DNA from: Eledone cirrhosa
Taxonomy: Eukaryota
Direction: 5' to 3'
Assembly: GCA_964016885.1 (NCBI GenBank)
Contig: OZ024753.1
Location: forward strand, 47,225,333-47,289,332
Length of the DNA: 64,000 nucleotides
Shown here: piece by piece, positions 24,477 to 35,294 of the stretch
Numbering within the stretch: position 1 is the first letter of the stretch
Layout of the letters: each line of letters opens with the position of its first letter
Notes under the pieces: generated by a model
The model's input: the letters and a program-made list of their open reading frames with translations, nothing else
Told to the model about the DNA's origin: nothing
The model's database searches: none
Position numbers and translations under genes: made by a program

Positions 24477-25626
24477 CTTAAGTCGTCCATGTTGTGGCTC
24501 CAGGTGAAGAGTTTGTACCTGAGCACAAATATGCGTGCTCATTTGCATGGTGACATGTCTGCAGCATTTGGTCAGAATATTTTAGCACTTTGTGAGGGCA
24601 AGGTCCCTGCGGATGACAAAGGCGGAATAGCAATCGACTCCCTGTGCAACATTGTGAGCAGCCCTTCTGACCTTTTGGAAGCAGTTTTTCCTAATGTCTC
24701 ATCTAACTTTAAAAACCTCGATTAGCTCAGCGAAAGAGCCATCCTTGCTCGGAAAAATACCATGGTTAATTTTATTAACGAGCAGCTGATTGAGAAGATT
24801 CCCGCTAAAGAACACGTCTTCAAATCTATCGACCTGGCGTCAGACCCCGACGATATCGTTAATTATCCGGTTGAGTTATTAAATTCCCCAGGGCTCCCAC
24901 CTCTTATTCTTAAGCTTAGGGTTGGCTGTCCCATTATGCTAATAAGGAACTTGCGTCCACCAAAGCAGTGCAACGGTACTCGCATGGTCGTCAAGTCAGT
25001 GACGCTCCACTTGATTGAGGCCACCATTGTAACGGGGTGCTGGAGAGGGGAGAATGTTTTCATTCCAAGGCTGAACCTTTGCCCCTCGGCGTCAGATATC
25101 CCGTTCGATTTCCGGCGATCCCAATTCCCGGTGAGACCATTTTTTTTTTCCAAGTCCATTAACAAGTCACAAGGGCAAACATTGTTGGTGGCGGTCATCC
25201 ATTTGGGGGAGCCATGCTTCTCCCATGGCCAACTTTATGTTGCCAGTTTCCGCGTATGGAGCAGGAATGGACTTTTTGCTTACACTCCTCAAGGGATGAC
25301 ACGCAATATCGTCTACAATGAAGTGCTATAGATGTTTGAGTTATGCCGTCTGGAAAACTGGTTGGGTCACCCATAGCGGACAGATCTGACACGCAGCGGC
25401 ATCAGGGCTACCATCTTGCAACTTTGTTCTATTAAATTCGCTATTGGAAGATTATTAAGCCATCATTGATTGTCCAAAATGCTAATTGGTTTGTAACTAT
25501 TAATAACCGGTTCAACTGCTTTATGCACTTAATTGATAAGATTATGCGCTTTCAAGCTACGTTTACCTGTATGTAACTTTTCATAGCAAATGAACAAACC
25601 CGAGTAACGCCGGGCTAAACTGCTAG
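24470..25626 (+). mobile_element. Helitron 3' part: Pif1-like helicase C-terminus with 3' hairpin and CTAG end
   Basis: ACLKSSMLW...NMR, ERAILA, GLPPLILKLRVGCPIMLIRNL...CNGTR, QFPV...SINKSQGQTL, FSHGQLYVA, TRNIVYNEVL*. Hairpin CCCG..CGGG at 25599-25614, then CTAG|T at 25623-25627. Confidence 0.93.
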
Positions 25627-27202
25627 TTATCAATAATGTTATATCTCGCAATGGCCATACTCGATAACGAGGGCGCAGTCATTATGTATGGTGTTGTGAT
25701 TTTTATGTACAGTATATTATTATTAGATGGGTAACGTGCCTGCAGTAATCGGTAGAGCGTCCTCTCAAAATGTTTGCATTTTGCCCAAAGCAGAAACAAT
25801 TATTATTGTTGTTTGTAGTATTAGTAGTAGTATTCATTCTATTTTGTGTTCCACGTGGTTGATATTTCATCACCACAACACCACCACACCACTACATCAC
25901 CACGCCACCACACCAACATACACCACCAACACACCACTACACCAACACTGTCGCCACCAGTTGGGCTACGTAGTCAAAGTGAAGGAAATAGAATTGGTGA
26001 AAGATAGACATACTGATAGAAAGATATATGTATATATAGAGAGAGGAGGGGGCGGGGGTTAGATAGAAAGACACAGTTATAGAGATACAGACAATTACGC
26101 GTGTTGTTGTTTCTTTGATTCCGATAATACACATGTGTATCTAACAGTGATGATATGTCATATAGATTATTGAGAGGAAATGAATATTTACAAAGAAAAG
26201 CTGAAATATAATTTTAAAAAAATTAACGAATATTTATTTTTTATCTTTTGGAGTCAGTCAACATTTACCGCCATGTTCTTTGTTCTTTGTTAACAATAAA
26301 AGAATCTAATTTCTGACATACACCCTACTTCCGATCTTTAACCGCAGCCATTATATCAGAATGTATCTGTGCGTATGTCAAACTGAGTGCATGTGTATGG
26401 GTAGGTGTATATATAAAAATGTGTGTGTGAGTTGGTCCCAGGTTCAATCTGGGGTAACCACAGTAAGGTACTCAATACATAGCAGAGTATAAATATTGAA
26501 TCTAGAAATGTCTTCTGCAGGAGTAGAACTGTATATTATATATATAATTTGTCTGTGGTATATATAGATGAATGTTTGATGCTGAATCTCCCCGAGAATC
26601 ACGCTCTAAGTGTTTATATTTATCTAAAAACCTTTATGTCCCAAACACTCTTTTCGGCTGAGTATTTTACAGCCAGTTTTGGAGCATGGCGTTGGATGGC
26701 ACAACTATGCGAAGTGACCAGTGATATCATTATGAGGAGGAAGAGGCCAGTTTGCCGCACCGAATCCTTCTCAGAGCGGCACCCCAATTTCGGAGCCGGG
26801 CCCTCTCCCCGCGATGGATACTTCTCAATACGAAAGACGACCGTGGCAGCCTGGGACTAGATTGCACTGTTATGAGAAGTGACAGTCCAGTTGGCCGCTC
26901 GAAACCCCTTTCACAGCGGCAGCACAGTATCGGATGCAAGTACTGTGAATTGGATGGACACTTCTCAATACAAAACGTGCTAAGGTGTGACTTGACAATG
27001 ATGAGAAACCGGAACCAGACATTGTGAAGGACTGTTTGAGGGGAGGGATGTATGTATACGGTCATTAAAACACACGCACGCTCGTATATAATTCTCCTGA
27101 ATGAAAGTTATAGTCATGTAGAAGTCATTACTATATTAAATATGTTATGAATTGAGTACCTTACTTACTGTTGTTAGCTGTGATTGAACCCGGAATAAAC
27201 TT

Positions 27203-27229
27203 TACACGTTTTTGGAAACACCCTGTATA
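27203..27229 (-). mobile_element. Possible isolated Tc1/mariner-type terminal inverted repeat remnant
   Basis: Reverse complement reads TA|CAGGGTGTTTCCAAAAACG, a mariner-like end next to TA. No partner end seen. Confidence 0.35.
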
Positions 27230-27254
27230 TATATCATTTGAGATGTAAATATCA

Positions 27255-28330
27255 CATACTTAAGAGAGATAGATGTTAGAACTCGAAAACTTGTCAGTGT
27301 TACTGGGAAGTTTGGTGATGTGGATAGGCTGTACTTGTCATGCAAGGAAGGTGGCCGGGGTCTAAAATCCATATTAACATCATATGACACCCGGATAGTA
27401 ACACTGAAGCAACATCTTCAACAGAGGAAAAGTTTTATGGCCCAGGTTTATGAGCATGAAAAAAAAATATCATTAGGATAGCCACTGATCTGGAGGAGAG
27501 ATATGGAATAAAGCCTGATATAAATCTCTCACCCAGAGAAATCGGAAGATCCTATTCACTGTTCAAAGAAGATGAAAAAATTGACCAATTTACAGAAAAA
27601 GTTGTGCACGTATACTTGAGACGTAAAACACAGACCATAGAGGTGATAAACCACTCAAAAAGCCTGGCATGGAGTTCCGACAAGTTTATGACATGACACC
27701 TTGAGGGATATCTCTATGCAATACAGGAACAAGAACTCCCTACCAAATATCTGCTGCACAAAAGAGGAGGGCCATCAGCTGACAATAAATGTAGGCTTAT
27801 GTAAAACAAAGATTGAAGATGTAAGCGACATTGTTGCCAGCTGCGAAAGAATGTCATCTCGCTACTACCTCCCCATGAGACACGATGGGATAGCTAGAAC
27901 GATCTGGAACGCAAACGAGGAAGAATATATCGAGACAGATTGCACTAAGGAATACTGGTGGAACCTGAAAATAAAAACTGCCACCAAATTAAAGCACAAC
28001 CGGCCTGATATTGTTGTTTGGGACCACCCATTGAAAACGTGTTGTGGAGATCAGTTGCCCACTTGATGTAAACGTTGTCAGAAAAATACAGGAGGAGGAC
28101 ATCTCCGGACCATTGATGAGGAGTTTACAAATCCAGTATCCAAAATACACCTTTAGCTTCATACCCATCATTATTGGAGCTACGGGTTATATACCAACCC
28201 GCTTGGACCAAAGTATGACTGAACTTGGATTTGCTGACAAAGAGCGCAGCTCCCTTCCCTAATTCATAGTCTACAAGTGGCTGCGATAGTTGGCACCTTC
28301 AAAATTTGCAAAACATTCTTGCGATTCAAG
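27255..28330 (+). mobile_element. R4/Dong-like non-LTR retrotransposon 3' fragment with Cys/His finger and restriction-like endonuclease
   Basis: DVDRLYLSCKEGGRGLKSI, YAIQEQELPTKY, CRLC...ASC...MRHD, WWNLKIKTATKLKHNRPDIVVWD...EISCP, PIIIGATGYIP. Multiple frameshifts. Confidence 0.85.
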
Positions 28331-28419
28331 GGATGACAATTTCTTTTCTTTTACAACCTTGCCACCAGGAAGGTGACCGGTCAAAAAATATATTCGAAAT
28401 TAAGAGAAAGAGATCACCT

Positions 28420-28442
28420 ACATGTATGTGTGTATGTATGTA

Positions 28443-28473
<31 letters not shown>

Positions 28474-29239
28474 TTGTATATATATATTTATTTATTTATT
28501 TCATTATATTTGTTCCACTCCACGTGGTTTATATTTCACCACCACACCGCCATCAAACCACCACACCAACAACACTCGCCACCACCGCCATCATTAGAAA
28601 ATGAAATACATGCTATGTGGTAAAGTCAGAGTTTCAAGAGTTTGACAAAATGAGATGTTTTGATTGGTGAGAAGGATGAAGGCGATGTACTGGCCTGTAG
28701 TGTATATGGGGGTGGGTGTGATGGTGAGATGTTGGTGACGGTCTGTGGATGAGGTGGGCTGTGGTGTGGTGGTGGTGGGTTGGTATTTAGTGGGATGGGC
28801 TGTGGTGTGAGGTTAGTGGACTGTCTGTAGACGGGTTGGGGTGTGGTAGTGGCGCCTTTGTCTATGGTAGCGGCGTTTTTGGTGGTGTGGTGGATGTATT
28901 GGTGGCGTCAGGTATTTACATAGATACATAGACGCTCTTCGTCTGACAGATACCTTGTATATACGTATACGTACACACATATATGTATATATGTGCACAT
29001 ATATTGTTGTATAAACACACACAACATAAGACACATACGCACATCCTTGCCCACACATATCGGCATACGCTCACACACAGCCATATGTATATGTACACAC
29101 ATGTATGTGCATGCGCGCATGCGGACACGAATATGAAGAGTGGTGGAGTATCGGTGGGGGTGGCGAACGACAGAGATGGGGGAAGGACTCACACTCATGT
29201 ATGCAAGATATACACATACACACTCCCACACACGTATAC

Positions 29240-29276
<37 letters not shown>

Positions 29277-29378
29277 TGTACCGACAACACACACATACAC
29301 GCACATAGTCAGATTTACCCATATACATATATGTAGACGTACACACACATACACATATGCATACACATACACATACAC

Positions 29379-29409
<31 letters not shown>

Positions 29410-29431
29410 TAGACATATGTATATACATGTG

Positions 29432-29467
<36 letters not shown>

Positions 29468-29790
29468 GATAAATTTGCGTACACGCACGCACACTTAAAA
29501 CGCCCGTATGAGTAAAATACTTACACACAGACACACATACTATTGTTGGTTGGGGAGTGGAGGTATGTTTTGTCGGTGTTGGTGAAGTATGGAGTTGTTT
29601 TGTGGTGGTGGTGGTGGTGGTGGTGGAGTTGTGAGGGACAAAAATATATATACCGGATCGAATACCGGTTAAAAGGTGAGATAGGGAACGCGGGGGAAAA
29701 GCGTTTATGGACGTACGGCGATGTGTGTTGTGGACATGGTGATGGTGGTGGTGGTGGTGGTGCTGGGGTGATATGTTCGGCAAGATGATT
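28420..29790. repeat. Mixed microsatellite-rich region: (TG)n, (CA)n, (TA)n, (CAC)n, (GGT)n
   Basis: Directly visible. ORFs here are low-complexity artefacts. Confidence 0.85.
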
Positions 29791-29848
29791 ACATGATCAG
29801 AGGTTACGGTGTGTTATATGGTAGGCAGACGGGGGGTGGGGGGTATAT

Positions 29849-30037
29849 AATTGTTTCTACTTTAGGCACAAGGCCAGCAAATAGCCAGTGTATTACTGGT
29901 ACTTTATTTTATCGACCCCCGTAAGGATGAAAGGCAAAGTCAACCTAGGCGGGATTTGAACTCAGATCGTAAAGGGACGTAACTATGCTTGAAAGCATGG
30001 CGTCCGACCCTCTACCGATACTGCCAATCCCCCACCG
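29849..30037 (-). mobile_element. Full-length tRNA-derived SINE
   Basis: Reverse complement of the 43125-43310 family, with A-box-like TGGCAGTATCGG and B-box GAGTTCAAATCC. Confidence 0.9.
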
Positions 30038-30314
30038 TGGAGGGTATATAATACAGTCGATTTGGGATCGAGGGATATGTGTTGATGATGATTGTGGTTG
30101 TGTGTGCGTGCGACAGTACAGTTACAGGATCGAATTTAACGTGGGGTTGCAAGTTAGGGTAGATAGAGGGAACATGGGGGGATGAGGATGTAGGCGTGTA
30201 TGGTATGCACATGACGATGTGTGGTGTGGTGGTGGAGATGGTGTGATATGATCGACATTGTATTTACAAGGTCTCTTGTCATTGTGGATTGCAAGGTAGA
30301 ACGTATCATATGGT

Positions 30315-31083
30315 ATATATATATATATATAAAACTAAGGATGTCTGTATGAGTTTGAATCCCTAAACCTCGAGAAGCACCCAACCGACTGTTTTCAAAC
30401 TTTACACCCGCGCCCTTATAATATGTCTGTATGTCTAGCTGTCTGCATCGCACTCGGCGCGTCAATGTATGCCTGTTAAATGGGCCGCAAACGCATTGAT
30501 TCATTGTAAAGGCTACCAGTGGAAGCAACCGTAACACCCTCCAAATGTGAGAGAACGCAGTGAAAGTCACTATTAAGAGAACGTTCACATGGCCCTTTTT
30601 ATGGCCACCACTTGAAATTGTTGATTGTTACCCGTAGTTACTGGAGTGTCAGTGAACGGCTTACAAATCCATTATAAGGGCCCTTGAAATAACTGATGGC
30701 GACCCTTTGGTTTGGGGCGGCGAGTGAACACGCACACGCCTCAAGGCCCATTTTATTGCACCACTCCTCTGTAAAATTGTTAAATTATACCTACTGTTTG
30801 GTAAACGTTTGTGAAGGTGCGGTGGACTGGTTCTAGAAGGCTCCATATGCTGTCCGATTGCACGTCATGCCTTGCTCAAGCATTGCAGACTTCCCTCTGA
30901 CTCCTGTCACTTTATTAAAGTACAAAAGCACTCAGCCGATTTTCTTCACGTGGAAGGAAAAGCATACCTAATACTAATTGCATCAGAGCATTCGGTTTAT
31001 TTTCTTTACATGTCCAGGCATGCAGTTTTTCCACGATTAGGTCAAAATAACTTATCCCGTGCAACGCCGGGTACCACTGCTAG
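30315..31083 (+). mobile_element. Non-autonomous Helitron
   Basis: 5' TATAAAACTAAGGATGTC...CCAACCGACTGTTTTCAAACTTTACAC matches the 53866 element. 3' hairpin CCCGTGCAACGCCGGG followed by CTAG|T at 31080-31084. Confidence 0.85.
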
Positions 31084-31470
31084 TATTATATATATATATA
31101 TGTATATTGTTTTACTCTTTTACTTGTCCCAGCCATTTTGCTGAGGTCATGCTGGGGTACCGCCTTTAATATATTTTTCTATATATCTACACACACACAC
31201 ACACATATATATATATCAATAAAAACGTATCCATGAAAGGCAAATCTTATCGGTTGGAAAACAAAATAAACTTTTGTATTTTATTTGATGAAAGTGCACC
31301 AAGCTTGTCTTGGTTGGCCTTGAAATATATATAATAAAATAAATATGGTTTTATAAATAGTTTCCATTTATTTAATATCACGAAATATTTACTCCAGTAA
31401 ATTGTTGAGTGCTCTAAATCAGTTATAAACATTTGTTTGTCGGACTTCCAACAAATTAAATACAACTTCT

Positions 31471-31540
<70 letters not shown>

Positions 31541-31630
31541 CGGAGTTGTGTTAAGGAACCAGATGGACCATAATGCACCAGAGATAGCCGTCGAAACGGC
31601 TTGAGCTCTGCCGTCGGGGTCATACATCTT

Positions 31631-31669
<39 letters not shown>

Positions 31670-31794
31670 CACGTTGTTCTGATAAAACTATTAAATTTCT
31701 TCATAGAATAATAAATTTTGTTTTATTATTTGTTGCTATTGTTCTGTTGTTGTTGTTGTTGTTGTTACACACACACTCACAGACTTTGCTCATC

Positions 31795-31834
31795 TTTTGG
31801 CGGCAAAAAATAGCGGCAAAACAACATACATAGA

Positions 31835-31877
<43 letters not shown>

Positions 31878-32090
31878 GTGAGTATGTGTGAGTTACCCGC
31901 CACTTTCTTTTCCTTATAAATACAAGCCCCGTTTTTCATATCTTTCATTTCAGCCACAGATTTGAAAGATGACTTCAGGTTATTCTCATGGTATGCTTTA
32001 AGCCCTTTTTAGGGCTGCTCAGAGATACGCCGAAAACACAGCGTCCATGTTCACTCCTGGGACTGAGAAGAAAAGTCCCACAGGTCAGTC
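31795..32090 (+). promoter_or_regulatory. Candidate Pol II promoter with first exon
   Basis: TTTTGGCGGCAAAA (31795), CCCGCC (~31896), TATAAATA (31915), Inr-like TCATTT (31945), ATG at 31969 and 32047, donor-like CAG|GTCAGT at 32083/4. Motif evidence only. Confidence 0.3.
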
Positions 32091-32399
32091 AGATTTATAT
32101 TTAATTTATTTAAAAAAAAAAAATAATTTCAATTTAATTTATATTTCTTAAAAAAAAAAAGAATTCAATTTAACTTATTTCTTTAAAAAAAAAGTTCAAT
32201 TTCATTTAAAAAAAATTCAATTCAATTAATTTCTTTAAAAAAAAAAAGCTTTTATAGTTATGTTTTTGTATTTTAATCGGGGTAACATTTTCGATTTAAT
32301 TAATTTCATCATATTGTTGTATATATACACACACACATATATATACAATTGTTATATATATATATATATAAGGTTGCAGTTATTCGAATACCTTGGAGT

Positions 32400-32575
32400 A
32401 TTCGTTTTTATTTCTATGCTCTCTGAAATCCTGCCAAGGTCAACTTTGCCTTTCTTCCTTCCGTTTGGAAGTGGATAAAAAAAAGTACCAGTGAAATGCT
32501 GGGGTGAATTCTTCCTATCTATAGTTTTCTCGCAATTATCTTTTTCTGAATAAAAGTACCAGTCAAATACTGGGT
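32400..32575 (+). mobile_element. Degraded SINE fragment(s)
   Basis: AAATCCTGCCAAGGTCAACTTTGCCTTTC...GGATAAAAAAAAGTACCAGT matches the 43125 SINE family. Confidence 0.65.
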
Positions 32576-33064
32576 TCCTCTCTTCTCTGCTTTTTCTCTG
32601 TCTATCTTTCTGGAAGAATTTTCTATTTTTAGAACTGGAGGAGTTGGTATTTGCTAGTGATTAAGGGAGAAAATGAAAGATATATATGTATATATATGTA
32701 TATGTGTGTTGATGAGATTATGTAGGGGGGGGGGAAAATCTGGAAAAATCTGTTGAATTCACATGGTTGGTATTGTCTCTGTTCTCTGTTTTCAAAAGAC
32801 TTATAAAAGCTGACTCAGTATTGTTTATCCAATAAAGTAGCAGTAATACGTTATAGTTAGATTAACGTTAATTTTGTTCACTTGTAATTTAGAGAATATA
32901 AAATATAAAATGCACCATTAGAATATATAACTTATTTTTATTCCAGATTCTCCTAAAAATTTGTCCCTGTTCAATTCCTTCTCTGCCACAAACCTCTCAT
33001 TTTTGGATAGAATTTTTTTATTTATTTTTTTACGTTAGGTTAAACCAGCCAACCAATTTTTTTA

Positions 33065-33330
33065 AATATGTGTATATATATATATATATATAGTAGCTTA
33101 TGAAACGTGTGTGTATATATATATTTATTTATATGTATATATATATATATATATATTTATAATTTATAATTTATATATATATAATTTATATATATATATA
33201 ATTTATATATATATATATAATTTATATATTTATATATATATATATTTATATATATATATTTATATATATATTTATATATATATATATTTATATATATATA
33301 TTTATATATATATTTATATATATATATATT

Positions 33331-33367
<37 letters not shown>

Positions 33368-34190
33368 ATTTATATATATGTGTGTGTATGTATGTCTGTA
33401 TGTACGTGTGTGTACATGAATATATATTTATATATTTTTATATATATGTGTGTGTTTTTATGTGTGTATATGTGTTTGTGTGTGTGTTTATGGTTGCGCG
33501 TAAGTGTGTGAGTGAGTATGTGTTTTTTTGTTTTTTTGTGAATGTGTCTGTTGATTTTTGGCATATAGTTGATTAGTTTAAGAGAAGTTCGAAGATAATA
33601 GTAAGATATGCACTCAGTATTTTGAATCTGTCTGCAGAATTCTCTAGACCTTTGTCACTTAGAACCTTAATGACTTTAGCTTTTAAAGAATCTCCCCTTT
33701 TCTTTAATTCTATCGACTATGACTGACCCCCCACTGATTTTATAGACATCTGTTAGCTTAAGAGAAACTTATTGACAAGGAATGGTAGGCCATCCGGAAC
33801 ATGTTTATAGAATTCTGTCTGCCCTTGTTACTCTAAAAACATAATAAATAAAAATAAAAATAGCTTTGTAGAATTAGCTTTTAATGAATTCCCTTTTCTA
33901 TCAACCAACGACCTGCACCCATCCCACTCCCCACCCTCTCCTACCACTTGTAGAGACCTATAAATACCATATTTATTTTTTGATACCCAGATTCCTGATG
34001 ATTTCAAATGAATGAAACAGTTCTAGTCCTGTAGAATCTCATCTATATTAAAACTTATACTCTGCTATGTATTGAGTACCTTACTTACTGTGGTTACCTC
34101 CGATTCAACCCGGAATAACATATATATATTTATATATATATATATTTATATATATATATTTATATATATATATTTATATATTTATATATT

Positions 34191-34226
<36 letters not shown>

Positions 34227-34270
34227 TATATATTTATATATATATATTTATATATTTATATATATATATT

Positions 34271-34327
<57 letters not shown>

Positions 34328-34456
34328 ATATATATTTATATATATATATATATATTTATATATTTATATATATATATTTATATATTTATATATATATATA
34401 TATATTTATATATTTATATATATATATTTATATATATATATATATATTTATATATA
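33065..34456. repeat. Two long imperfect (TA)n/(TATT)n tracts (~33065-33500 and ~34120-34456)
   Basis: Directly visible. Confidence 0.9.
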
Positions 34457-35061
34457 GAAAAGGTGAATATAAAATGAAAGTGTTTTTTTTTTAAAAAAAG
34501 GAATTTATTAGGTATCGACATGTTTCTGTAACAGACGAAATACCTATGTATCGCTGCTTGCGTAATCATATAATGTTAGCAAGTATTCGATAGCAAATGT
34601 ATAATCAGTTGTCACTTCAGAGATTTTGGATAAATTTGAAAAAATCAGAAAAATTGAAGTATTTATATTAGTTGTAATAGAGGAAGAGAAGTATATGACA
34701 GATGGTAATTCAATTTACTGCTAAACAAGTATATAAATGGTTTTTAATGAGAATACATGAGTAAATGGTTTATTTTATCTAAATAAGAATTTTTGGGAGT
34801 GCCTATTTTAATCTATACTTGACCAATTGAACAATGGACAGGGCTGGTTATTTGGTGTAGTAGTATTAATTATAAAGTGTCGATTAAGGAAGGGGGAGAT
34901 TTCGACTGCTACTGAATAACTTCCAATGCTAGTAGTCAGCTGGTATATGCATTAGGGAATTGAATTAAGAAATCTCATTTTATCTATAACAGTTTATATT
35001 AAATGATAACCTGAAATTTTTATATTTATATTTATATATATATATATTTATTTATTTATAT

Positions 35062-35208
35062 ATATATATTAAAATAACCGATTAAAGTTTAAGCAAAGAA
35101 TCGCTGCTTTCACCCTTAACGGGATCTTCTGAAATTCATTTAAGATCCCGTTAAGGTTGAAAGCAGCGATTCTTTGCTTAAACTTTAATCTGTTATTTTA
35201 ATATATAT
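35062..35208. repeat. Near-perfect palindrome: ~67-bp arms, 13-nt spacer, 2 mismatches
   Basis: Left arm 35062-35128, spacer CTGAAATTCATTT, right arm 35142-35208. Embedded in TA-rich sequence. Confidence 0.92.
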
Positions 35209-35294
35209 TTGCTGTACGGTTCTTATATATTTGATATATATTTATCCATATCGAGCCCTTTTTTAATTTTAGTTTTCAAATTTATTATTATTAC

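Noticed and set aside
24762-25331. Cellular PIF1 helicase gene
   Set aside because: Intronless, interrupted by a stop, 5'-truncated and followed by a Helitron hairpin and CTAG, so it is transposon-derived.
32020-32050. Another CAGAGA...GAAA hammerhead-like string
   Set aside because: Stems I-III cannot be formed convincingly.
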